A DNA stretch of 64,000 nucleotides from NCBI GenBank assembly GCA_964016885.1, contig OZ024741.1:351354001-351418000 (forward strand), read 5' to 3'. Position 1 is the first letter of the stretch. Each line of letters opens with the position of its first letter. Below the pieces are notes generated by a model. The model had not been told where the DNA came from. It saw only the letters and a program-made list of their open reading frames with translations, and made no database searches. Shown here one piece after another: positions 31,221 through 42,914 of this stretch. The position numbers and the translations under genes are program-made. Source of the stretch: Eledone cirrhosa (taxonomy: Eukaryota).

Positions 31221-32220
31221 TGAACAGGGACAGAACAGAGAGGCAGTACAATAAATGTTTATTAAATTCACGCTCAGGAGAGTGGGGGGTAGGTGGGGGA
31301 CGACGTTTCGGGCATAAGCCCTTCTTCAGGTGAGAAGTGTGTGGGAACAGAGTTCAAAAGGTGTGTAGGGGAGTGGTGGAGAGACATATAGCGAAAGGAA
31401 ACGGTGCGAATGAAAAATTAACAAATAAAGACAAAAAAATATAATATAATAAATAAATATAAATATAATAAATAAAGCATGATCAAAATACAAGGAATGA
31501 GAAAATTTAAAAATAAAGGCATGATCAAAATAAACTGAAATTAAAAGGGGGGGTAAACAGGTGGTGGAAGGGTGTGGGGTGAGTAGGGGTGGTGGCGGGT
31601 GGAGTGGGGAGAGGGAGACGGGGTGTCCGAGCGGGGAGGGCTGAAGGTGGTGTGTGTAGTTAGGTGTGCGTGTGTGTGTGTGTGTGTGTGTATGTGAAAG
31701 TGAGGGTTGGGGGAAGAACGGGGTTGCATGTTCAGGAAGGTGTGTATGGGGGGTGTTTTTGTGGGTCGGAGTGTCTGTGCGTGTGTGGATAGGGGGTGGG
31801 TGGGGGGAGAGGAATCAGGAGGCTGAGGGTATAAATATGTGGTGGGAAGCACGTGTGTGTGGTTTAAGCGTGCTGTGGGTGTGGGTGGCGTGTGGATAAA
31901 CAAATTTTTTGGGGGTGTGTGTGTGGGTGAGTTATATAGGTGATGGTGTAAGAGGATGGTTGAAAAGTTGGTAAGTTCCACGGATGTTTGGAGATTTGGT
32001 TAGAAGTCAATTTCGCGTGTGGGTAATCCAAGAAGCGGTGGTCGGAAGAGGAGAGATGTGGGGTGCGCGCGCAACAGGAAGTGGTCAGCAGTGGGAGTGC
32101 TGTGGTCAGTTGGTGCTGAGAGGTGGTGGGAAGGGCATAGCAGCAGTCGGTGGAATGGTAGGGAGGCGAAGATGGGTAGGTGTGAGAGTTGGAGTGAGGA
32201 GGGTGTGTGTGTGTGTGTGT

Positions 32221-32254
<34 letters not shown>

Positions 32255-33548
32255 TAGTAGGGGTGTTAGTGGGATGAGTGAGTGTGGAGCGGGGAGAGAA
32301 GGGTGTGTGTGGTTCTATGGAGGGAGTGTGGTGTACTGGTGTGTGTGTAGTTTGGTGAAGAGGTGTTAGTGGGTGTTAGTATACGGGAGGTGGGGAGGGG
32401 TGGAAAGCGGGTGTGAGTGGGGGTTAGTGGTGGTAGGGTGTGTAGAGTTGGTGGTGTACGAGGGTGTGTGGGTACGTGTGCGTGGGGTTGGGGGGTGTTA
32501 GTGATGTTAGTTGCGTGTGGGGTGGGTGGTGTAAGTGGGTGCGTGTGTGCGTGTGATAAGGAGGGGGAGGAGGAGAAGAGGGGAGGGAAGGGATGTTAGT
32601 ATGTTAGTTGGGGAAGGGTGGTCAGATGAGGGGTGGAGTAGAGGTGTTAGTATTGTTAGTGTGGGGTGGGCGGTGAAAAGGAGGGGTGTGTTAGTGGTGT
32701 TAGTGGGGGATAAGTGTGGGGGGAGGGGGCGGTCGAACGCTAAAGGAATAAGGGTGGGGAGTTCAGGCCGGGGGGAGTGTGGGTCTGTAAGATGAAGATA
32801 GTGCGTTGTTCGACCGTAAGGCGATGGGCGGGTGTTCCGTGGCACTGGAGTAGGCCACAGACTGTGAGATGGTGTGCGGAGTGTCCAGGGCCACCAAAGT
32901 GGCGGGCGATGGGGGAACTGCCCCCGAGACGAATATCCCGGAAGGCATGCCGGACCGAGAGAGAGTGGCCGTTGGGACCCTGGAAGGTGGTGGTGTTGGT
33001 GATGTGGGGACAGGTGTTGCAGCGGGGCCTAGAACAGGGGAAGGAACCGGGGGGGGGAGCGTGGGTTGGGGGTAGGGAGCTGTGGACGAGGAGGGTGCGG
33101 AGATTGCGTGCGCGTTTGAAGGAGGGGAGTGGTGGGGTTGGGAAGATGTGGGAGGTGGAGGGGTCGGACTGGAGGCGTCGGAAGAGGCGGCGGATGGTGC
33201 GGTGGAGGGGTAAGGTGGATTGGTGGTAGGTGATGGGGAAGGGGAGACGGTGGGTGGGTGTGCGGTGGCGTGGGGTGAGGGTGGTGGAGCGGGGGATAGC
33301 ACGGGCGCGGGTGAGAGCGGTGTAGACGAGGGGGGGGGGGGGGGGGGGGTAACCTGTGCGGATGAAATGGCTGACTAGGGAAAGGGCCTGGGACTCGAAG
33401 TCAGCATCACGGCTACAGAGGCGGCGGATCCTGAGAAGTTGGGAGTAGGGAATGGAGAGTTTAGTGTGGGTGGGGTGGGAAGAGGTGAAGTCGAGGTAAG
33501 AGTGGGAGTCGGTGGGTTTGAAGAAGGCGGAGGTGACGAGGGAGTGGT
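31220..33548 (-). mobile_element. 5'-truncated Penelope-like element (Neptune-type) with long CA-rich 3' UTR and minimal HHR
   Basis: ORF 32740-33548: KPTDSHSYLDFTSSHP...SIPYSQLLRIRRLCS, CSRPRCNTCP, ARHF, PPGLN; GIY-YIG core missing. Confidence 0.85.
31300..31332 (-). ncRNA. Minimal type I hammerhead
   Basis: AC-CTGAAGA-aGGGC ttat GCCC-GAAA-CG-TC-GT; palindromic ACGT stem III, weak stem I. Confidence 0.65.
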
Positions 33549-33824
33549 GATATATATATATATATATCATAGATCTATAGAATATGCATACCAACACTAA
33601 CACATATATATCCTAAAAACGATCGTGAAATGATGAATTTTTTTAATATAAGGAACTGTTTCTTTGTTTATTCATTACTTTATTAATTTATCTTGACTCT
33701 GTTTTCCGTTAATTTTCACCGAAAATAGTTTTTGAATGCATCTTCTCTTTTCATGATATCCGGGTTACATTGAGTTCTTCATACGGATTGGACACTACCG
33801 TAAATATTTGGTAGATTTATCTAC

Positions 33825-33875
<51 letters not shown>

Positions 33876-34303
33876 TATATATAGTTATAGGAATAACCAA
33901 AGAGTGCTTAGAAATATATATATATAGTAATAATAATACATTTGAAGACTAAAAGGGTGAAAGCAGCGATTCTTTGCTTAAACTTTAATCTGTTATTTTA
34001 ATAAATATATATATATATAAGTCTATCATGGCATTTGGTGGAGGTAGGGGTGGCTGAACTTGCCTGTAGAACAATAGGGGAGTGAGTGGAGCGGTCAAGC
34101 GTTGAAAGTGATATGTATACAGCAGATTCTAAGGATAGTGTATGAAGTAGAGGAGGGAGATTATAGAATAGGTAAATCGAATGAAAGTAGGAGACAATAA
34201 AAGATAATAGAAATAAATAAAAAAATATATAAAATTAGATAGTGAGAAATGAATAAAAAAAATCACGACAATCCTTTTGACAACTAATCTTCCCATATAA
34301 GGA

Positions 34304-34406
34304 AGTACCCCCTTGACAAGTTCGGCTATTTATTCACCAGGCTAAACATTCTAATTTAGTCCAGAAATAGCCGTCGAACCGGCTTGAGCTCAGCCGTCGG
34401 GGTCCT
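34304..34406 (+). ncRNA. Type I hammerhead-like motif, U3-A8 variant with A15.1>C
   Basis: CCCC-TTGACAA-G..CGGCTATTT...AAATAGCCG.C-GAAC-CGGCT tgagctc AGCCG-TC-GGGG. Confidence 0.6.
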
Positions 34407-34562
34407 ACTTTTTCCTATTTCCCACTCTACTACCCTAAGTATTGAGTACTCTGGTGCGTTATGGTCCATCTGGTTCCTTACCACAACTCCTTTGTTATAT
34501 ATATATATATATATTATAAAAAATAAACAAAGAGGCCTTCAATACATCAAAAGTCTTTATTA

Positions 34563-34603
34563 GCCAACAATGTTTCGTCCCATTAATAAGGACTCATCAG
34601 GGC
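34563..34603 (-). ncRNA. Canonical-core minimal type I hammerhead
   Basis: GCC-CTGATGA-GTCC ttattaatg GGAC-GAAA-C att G-TT-GGC, at the 3' end of an AT-rich insert (~34510-35970). Confidence 0.8.
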
Positions 34604-35970
34604 AAGTAAAGAGACAAGAAGCATTAACGGCCAGAACAAGCCAAAACTCAGAAGAATAGGGAATTTATATCTATGAAAGCAAGGAAAAACATGCTAAAGC
34701 TAAAAGTGTGCAGTTACAAATATAGACTATAGGGCAAGAAAGCGAGTAACATGTCAAACCTACGTTGAAAGTACAGTATAATGCAAATACATGAAACACA
34801 ACATGGTAATATAATGTGAGAATTACAATATGATATAGAATACAATATAATGGATAATAAGGAATAAAAAGCTTAATATATGTATATATATATCCATATA
34901 TATAGACATTTACACAAACACATACTAACACTTATTAAGTATTTAAATATAAATATACTCGTTATAATATAAAAAATCTTTATAATAGAATAAAATAATC
35001 ACCCTGACGTTGTGCATAAACAATACAGAAAACAATAGAATAATATACTGACATAAAAAAAATATACAAAACTACATCATACATATTATTTAAGATCAAT
35101 AAATTGTATATAAAGTATTTTCACAGGGTAAGAAAAAATATATATAAATACATAAAGTATTGACAATAAATACATAGAGGTATAGGCAGTTTACATTAAT
35201 AAAATATTACAAAATATTACAAAACAGTACCTCATCTGACATATATTAATATCTATAATTCAATTACATAAAAATAATATGATATATCAATGTTAATATT
35301 ATAATAGCAGACAGACAGAGTCAATGGAAAATGCTTAAGACATATTTACGCGATTGATATAGGGAGACATATTATGATACAATAACATATGATAGGAAGA
35401 CAGACAGCATGTGGTAGTAAAAAAAATAAATTAAATAAAACGAAGAACAAAAACAAAAACAAGCACAGTTACGTAGGTATTATAAGTCGTTAGGTAAATA
35501 TAGATGATATTATTATTCTAAACCAAAGAATTGAATAGAAAACCTTATTAAATTAATTAATATTAAAATTACTTAAAAGACATTATTGGTCACTTCAAAT
35601 GGAATAAAATTTAAGTCATCAAAGTCTTATAAAATTAAGATATTTCAATAAAAACTATCAAGATATATTACGATCCGTTCAGACGATTTACGTTATCAAA
35701 GAAAAAACTCTAAATAAAACTATGGTAGACCAATGGGAACAGAAAGAAGTGAAACTATGGAGGATAGGAAGGAGCATAAAAGTAAAATGTATATATAATA
35801 TAATATAATAAAAAGGAGCATAAAAGTAAAATTTATATATAATAAATAAAAAGGGGCGAATATTAAGTGTGGAAAGGAGGAGGTTCATTAGTTTTAGATG
35901 TAGGAGACTCAAAATTAAACTATTCAATAAGATACAAACTTTAACTCCAACGCACTTTAGTATTTTAATT

Positions 35971-36067
<97 letters not shown>

Positions 36068-36155
36068 GTATATATATATATATATATATAGGAAAATTAA
36101 CAAAGAGAAGACAAGACAACGAACGAAAACAAGGCAAAACGAAAAACATAGAACT

Positions 36156-36243
36156 CCAGAGTCTTCAGCCGTTGAGGTGGACTTTTGGCAGTTTCAACCT
36201 CCTACCAACGTTACTGCTGGTCCGAGACAAGCCAAAACTCTGG
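36156..36243 (-). ncRNA. Non-circularly permuted hammerhead-core RNA (divergent family)
   Basis: CCAGAG..GTCTC-GGAC-ca-GCAG-TA-aCGTTG-gtag-GAGGT-t-GAAA-CTGC-caaaa-GTCC-acct-CAACGg-CTGAAGA-CTCTGG. Confidence 0.6.
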
Positions 36244-36403
36244 TGTAAAAGACAAGACAAAACAATAATTTTAATATATAAACATATATATTATATATAC
36301 ATGTACATATATATGTTGTTAACAATATTGTATAACAATATTTGTTTCGACACATGATTTCATATCAAAAACCTTGCAAAACAAATATATATATATGTAC
36401 ATA

Positions 36404-36697
36404 TATTATTCAAAATATTAACAAATGAAAATTATTCTCATAATCAAAATATATACTTTATTATATATATTTCGGAGGTACTGTGCTGTTTTTTCAGTAC
36501 GTCTTCATCAGACAAAATATATGATTTGATATATGACATACCGCTACGGCCTTGATTATGTATGTCATATATCAAATCATATATTTTGTCTGATGAAGAC
36601 GTACTGAAAAAACAGCACAGTACCTCCGAAATATATATAATAAAGTATATATTTTGATTATGAGAATATTTTTCATTTGTTAATATTTTGAATAATA
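36404..36697. repeat. ~138-bp inverted repeat, each arm holding a type I hammerhead (36451-36522 on -, 36579-36650 on +)
   Basis: ATATATTTTGT-CTGATGA-..GTACTG/CAGTAC..-GAAA-TATATA-TA-ATAAAGTATAT; 11-bp stem I; spacer about 18 nt. Confidence 0.8.
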
Positions 36698-36797
36698 TTA
36701 AAAATTCCAGGAAAACTTTTACTATTGAGTGCTTCTAATCTATTGTAAAATTGTATACATTGAGTATTCAACGAACCATACTAATCTTTGGTTATAT

Positions 36798-36873
<76 letters not shown>

Positions 36874-36904
36874 ATATGTACATATATATATATATGTACA
36901 CACA

Positions 36905-36935
<31 letters not shown>

Positions 36936-36958
36936 GTGTATGTATGTGTGTGTATATA

Positions 36959-37046
<88 letters not shown>

Positions 37047-37061
37047 TATATACACACACTT

Positions 37062-37430
37062 GGCGTGGCAATAAAGTCTTTAGAATATCCTTTAAATGAA
37101 AATGCGCAACATATTGAAACTAAAATTTATTTATTCTGCAAAACATAATCTCCATTGAATACATAACATCTTTACAGTGCTTATGCAAAGCATTTAACTC
37201 TTTCTGGAACCGTCCCTTCAGCAATTGTCGAAACCAGCGCAACGATTCATCTACAATCTCTTCTAATGAAGCGAAAACAAAATTTCAAAGATGTTGTTTT
37301 AATAACTCGAACACCGAACGATCGCACAAATTTAAATCGGGACTATAGGGTGATTTTTTGATCATTGCTACTCTTCTCTTCTGGAAAAAACCTTTTGTGG
37401 ATTGAATAGTTTGATGCGGGTATTATAAAC
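37062..37430 (-). mobile_element. Decayed mariner transposon 3' end
   Basis: Minus strand encodes a PYSPDL-like motif (CCCTATAGTCCCGATTTA). Confidence 0.55.
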
Positions 37431-37672
37431 TCACAAGAATAACAGCAAAATAATTATGCATAGGCCTGTAACAAAATACAGCATTGATACAGAATATCAC
37501 ACGCGTACAATGAAGTTCAAATTCCAACTATTATTAACTACATTTACTGCTATATACGGCACACAGACTATTATTCTAAAGAATTTATTGATACGCCAAG
37601 TATATATATATATCATATATATATATAATATATATTTGTTATGTATATTGGTGACAAATTAACTTACGTATG

Positions 37673-37715
<43 letters not shown>

Positions 37716-37799
37716 TATATATATATCTGTGTGTTTGTGTGTGTAAAGAATAAAGAATAAATAATAATTTCATATCGATGTCTTTTTTTATAGTTTTAA

Positions 37800-37878
<79 letters not shown>

Positions 37879-37904
37879 AGAACCATGTAATACAATAATT
37901 GTTT

Positions 37905-38085
37905 CTACTATTGGCACAAGGCCAGCAATTACCCAGTACATTACTGGTACTTTATTTTATCGACCCCGTAAGGATGAAAGGCAAAGTTAACCTCGGCAGG
38001 ATTTGAACTCAGAATGGCAAGGACTGTAACTCTATACGTCAAAGCATGGCGTCCGACCCTCTACCGATACTGCCAATCCACCACC
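37905..38085 (-). mobile_element. tRNA-derived SINE (same family as 47700-47915)
   Basis: B-box GAGTTCAAATCC followed by GCCTTTCATCCT..GGTCGATAA..AGTACCAG. Confidence 0.8.
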
Positions 38086-38619
38086 CTTTGTAATACAATA
38101 ATGAAATCCACCACAATGTAATACAATAATGAAAGACAGACCCTGATGACAGCGCGTTAGAGTATAGCGACTCCCGATCGTATGCTGTTGGTATTTTTGG
38201 TTGATCACAGAAACACTGAAATAAATTGACCATCGTTTCTTAATTTAAATCAAAGATGCAATCAAAGCGAAGTGTATCAATATGTTTACAACTGGCCATA
38301 TAAAATGGAAGGTAAGATATATCTAATGATCTATCTAATGATATATCTAATGAAGAATAACTGAAGCCGCATGAAAACAAACGAAACATTTTCTGGAAGT
38401 TCTGGATGGTTTGACAATAGGTTAAGAAAATGATCTGAAATTCACGAAAGTGCATGACGATAGAGTGCATCGATCAGATACCGCAGCGAATTGAAAAAAA
38501 AAAAGATGGTGGTTATGTTGACAAAACGAACGCCTAATAAAATTTCCTTGGTAAAGATAGAAAAATATATTGCAGTCTAGTTGGTTTCAAACTTGTTGGA
38601 CCTTTGTCGGTTCCAATGA

Positions 38620-38840
38620 TGAGTAGTTCTTGTTGATAGGATCAACGGAACAGCCTGCTCGTAAAATTAACGTGCAAGTGGTTGAGCACTCCCTAGAGAC
38701 GAGTACTCTGAAAGTAGTTCTCAGGTAGAATCAGCGTGGTACAGTGTGGGACAAAGCTTTCCCTTTGAATTAAAGGTACAACTATTTTTTTGCAGCTGGA
38801 GCAACGTGGAATAAAGTGTCTTGCTCAAGGACACAACAAG
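38620..38840. mobile_element. SINE-like repeat fragment (relatives at about 48400-48640 and 63640-63780)
   Basis: Shares AAGTG(TC)TTGCTCAAGGACACAAC-type and related motifs with those regions; typical of cephalopod SINEs from memory. Confidence 0.5.
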
Positions 38841-40653
38841 GAATTAAGTACTCTCGGGTTCCAAATAATAGGAGGATCGGAATAAGTGGGGGTTTGGAAT
38901 AAGCATCGGGTGAGTGGAAAATCGGAAAATCGGAGCAAAATTTAATAAGTGGGGTTTGAATGGTGGAATAAGAGCGGGGTGGGGTGGAAAAAATCTGAAA
39001 GATTTATTGGGGAGAAATGTTGTTAGTGAGTGAAAAGGGAGAGTTAGCGAGCATTATCTGTCGTTTTATTGGAAATCCAATATAAAAGCGTGGGTTATAA
39101 AGATCTTTATTTGAGATTGGTTAAAAACGTGTTTTTCTCTTGAGTTCTATGATTAAAAGATTTTTTATAAATTCTGGACAATGCTCTGGGCCACCTCACT
39201 GCACTTGGTGACATGTTTCGTAGGGTTATGACATCGTTAATAATTTGTTGGTAACAAAAACTAAATGAAAAAAGAAACAAGATCTTTCAGTAGGCTATAG
39301 AAGAGAATGAAAAGATAGTAGAAGCATCTTCACCTTGAACTAAATTATTTGACAACTAGCATAGCAACGTTTGTTAAGCGCACGGAGGAGGTTGTTAATC
39401 ATAATTCTATTACCCAAAGTGAGAACAGCACACAAATAACAGTACGCTATAAATGTTCGGTAAAAATAACATACATGCGTAACAATTATGACACAACAGC
39501 TAAGAAAGAAAAAAAGAAGCTACTATGTCATCTCACTCACTGAGACTGATCACTCTCATGTGATTGCAAATGACCAAAACAATAGTGACTAAAATAAGTG
39601 ATAATAAGCACGCACGCACACACACACACACACGCACATACACACGCGCGCACACACACACACATACCCCCCCCCCCCCCCACACACACACCAACACACA
39701 AACACAGATAGCGAGGAGAGCCAAGAATATGAACACTCGAAAGTTACTCGTAATTAAATGTCTCAAGAGCAGATTCTTCAGATTATTAAATTTATATTTT
39801 GCTCTCTATTAAGTATAGGACATTGAAATATCTATATCCTTCATACTTGTAAGTCCTCTCACGAGCCTCTACGAAGACTTCGCTAGACCCATATCTGCCA
39901 GATCTTCTTCCACATACATCAACCAATTCTTCATAAGTCTCACTTGCTTCTTATGTCGCCCTGCTAGCTTCCACTAGCGGGTGGATAACATTGGTGTCTT
40001 TGTGGGCATGCGTAGGACCGGTGTAGCATGTAACCAAGTATCTTCCACCACCTTAACTCTTTAGCATTTACAATACTCTATATTTACTATTATATTTTCA
40101 TGGTAAAGGCTTTACCTCACATAATTATTTCACAATATCAAATCTACGAGATTTTGATATTATTTATTTTGAGAACAATACCTTAACATCAGTATGAATG
40201 GCCGTTACAGCCGGTTTAAACAGAAAGAGGTGAGAGAATTCTGGCCAGATACAACCGGTTTAAATGTTAAGGTGATGATCTTCTGTAGATTTTTCAGCCC
40301 AGCCCTTTCCAAGACCTCTTCATTCGTGACGTGGTCACGACAATAAAATTCTATCTATGGTCCTACCGCAATATCTATAGAAGACATCTGCAGTTCTGTG
40401 TATTTTGGTGGTCTTTTTCCACGTCTCATAAGCAATCAGGATAATATGTGACCATCTATATTGTAATAGTTGTAAATCCTTTTTGTCCGATGTCACACAA
40501 ACGCTACAATCTGCTAAAAACGTTATAATACTTTTTATTTTATTTAGAAATCAGGAGGAACACAAATATTGTTAAAAAAAGGCGTTGAGCACAAATGTTC
40601 TAAAGTGCTTTCATTCACAACAAAAACCAGTATTCTATATAAAAAATGCAGCA

Positions 40654-40735
<82 letters not shown>

Positions 40736-40969
40736 CTTATCATCTAGCTGTCGTCTGTTCTACAGCGTAGATGTAATTCACTTCGCGCAGAAGTTTTGTT
40801 CAAATTTATTGCGGAAATTTTGTAAGTGCAAATTTAATTTTGATACTATTGTGTAGCTTGACCCCCCGTCTGAACTGTCAGGCGGTGGGTCAGCTCATCT
40901 TTACCCCTCCTAACAGAAAAATCTGTTTTTAAAAATTTTGTGGCAAAAAATTTCAATCGTCTGACAGAA

Positions 40970-42790
40970 ATGTTAAACGAAGCTAACGAAAATAGTGGTG
41001 GGGGGACAGCGGTAAGAGTTGTAAGCTCGCACGCTTTAGTCCCCCCTTCCTTCCCAACTAACGTCATAGAGAAGGAAGGAAAAAATAAAATAAAAACAGA
41101 CGAATCTGCGGAGAAAAATGACGAAAACACAAATCTGGACATGGATTCGAACAACGAAAAAAAAAAATTTGAAAAATTGCATGACAATATTAATACCACA
41201 AACAAAGACACAACAAACACAAAAATAACATTTGAAAACAACATCATAACAGAAAGCAAAGCAGACGACAAAGTCAACACCAACAAGATTTCATTTGCAC
41301 AAACAACAAAGAAATCTTTGACATATATACCTGAAAATATTTCAGATGTGGCACAAAGAATCACAGACGCCAAACAATACATAAGTGAAGGAGAGAATGG
41401 TATTTTATCGGTAAAAATGCCTCAAGAACTCACCAAAGACATTGAAAGTCGAACGGTCGTGTTCCGCACCATCAACAACACTTCTAAAAAACCTGAACAG
41501 CCAACTCAAACAGAAATCAAAGCAGTACTCACAGAAGTACTTAATGAAACCACTTTCATAAGAAAAGACAGACTGTATGGAAGCCTAGCAATTATTATGA
41601 AGAACGAATCGGCGGCAAAAAAATGTGCTTTGTCACCGATTCGTTCGAAAAATTTTACCTTTTATCCATCTTATATGGGTAAAAGAACTCAACGCATATG
41701 GCTGGATGCAATGATGCCAGATGTGGACTACTGCTGGCTCATAGCTGGTTTCATCGATCCAGCGAATGACAACGTGATTTCCATTGGGAAAACCACAGGC
41801 AATGCGTTCAGTGGAACAGGTATAGAGCTTGTAGTGCAAATGAAGCCTGAACGTATCGCCCAAATACCCGACAGAATCCTATTAGAGGGCCACGGGTATA
41901 TAAACATTAGCGTGGAGTGGAGAAGGCCGTCCTGTCATATCTGTGCAGGAAGAGGGCACCTGAAGGCCGCTTGTCCCCAACTCAACAAAAAGAAAACCCT
42001 GCTACCAACACCAGCTCCACCACTACCACCACAACAAATAAACAAGCAACAAAACTCAGTCCCACCCAACCCGTCCCTCAGTAAAACTACACCACCACCA
42101 CAACACAAACAGTCACAACACATTACCCCAAAACAAAATACAGGCCCACCCAACCCCTCACTCAATAAAACAACACAACCACCGCAGCCACAACACACAA
42201 CACAGTCTAACATAGTGACATCCATCTCCCCCACAAAGAAAACCAACACGGAAACATTACCAGCAAACATACCTCTTCCCTCCAACACTGAAGATAACCC
42301 AACGAATTCGGAGGAAGAAACGGAGTCCTTCAGACAGATTAAAAGGAAAAAAAGAAAACATGTGCAAAACACACAAGGCCAAACAACCCCCACCCAAATG
42401 TCAACACAATCCGAAAAAACACAAAACACCCCCCCAGCAACAAACAAAACCAAACCTGCCCCTCCCCTCTTCGAAACACTCATACCATCCGAAAAAAAGA
42501 CATTACATTATACTTACATCAACAGAAACAATAATAAATTAAATGAACTCATATACAATAATCCTTCGGTACAAACCGAAGGTGTAAACTTTGTTTCTTC
42601 AGAAAACTACCCACATTTAAAATTAATAAAGATCCCAATGAACCTCTACCAAAAACTAAAAAAGGATTTTAAGGAGGACGTAGGACCACCCTCTGTCAAA
42701 CCCATAAACCGCGTCCTACTAAAAAGCTTTCCCCCTCCCCTTCCCCATCCCCAACACAACTCCAAACACCCCAACCCCACCACACACTGA
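40970..42790 (+). CDS. Tx1 ORF1 (gag-like, CCHC zinc knuckle, Pro/Thr-rich tail)
   Basis: CHICAGRGHLKAAC; open for about 600 aa. Confidence 0.8.
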   Translation: MLNEANENSGGGTAVRVVSSHALVPPSFPTNVIEKEGKNKIKTDESAEKNDENTNLDMDSNNEKKKFEKLHDNINTTNKDTTNTKITFENNIITESKADDKVNTNKISFAQTTKKSLTYIPENISDVAQRITDAKQYISEGENGILSVKMPQELTKDIESRTVVFRTINNTSKKPEQPTQTEIKAVLTEVLNETTFIRKDRLYGSLAIIMKNESAAKKCALSPIRSKNFTFYPSYMGKRTQRIWLDAMMPDVDYCWLIAGFIDPANDNVISIGKTTGNAFSGTGIELVVQMKPERIAQIPDRILLEGHGYINISVEWRRPSCHICAGRGHLKAACPQLNKKKTLLPTPAPPLPPQQINKQQNSVPPNPSLSKTTPPPQHKQSQHITPKQNTGPPNPSLNKTTQPPQPQHTTQSNIVTSISPTKKTNTETLPANIPLPSNTEDNPTNSEEETESFRQIKRKKRKHVQNTQGQTTPTQMSTQSEKTQNTPPATNKTKPAPPLFETLIPSEKKTLHYTYINRNNNKLNELIYNNPSVQTEGVNFVSSENYPHLKLIKIPMNLYQKLKKDFKEDVGPPSVKPINRVLLKSFPPPLPHPQHNSKHPNPTTH

Positions 42791-42914
42791 CGACCCCACA
42801 CCACCACAAGACACCCCTTCACCCAACACCCCCGACCCCATGGAAGTCGTGCGACCCGAACCCCGGGAAGCAGAAAGGTAGGTCTCTACACTCTCCTTTG
42901 GCTCTGCCGCCCAC

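Noticed and set aside
38135-38230. CTGATGA followed by a hairpin
   Set aside because: No correctly placed GAAA or stems I and III.
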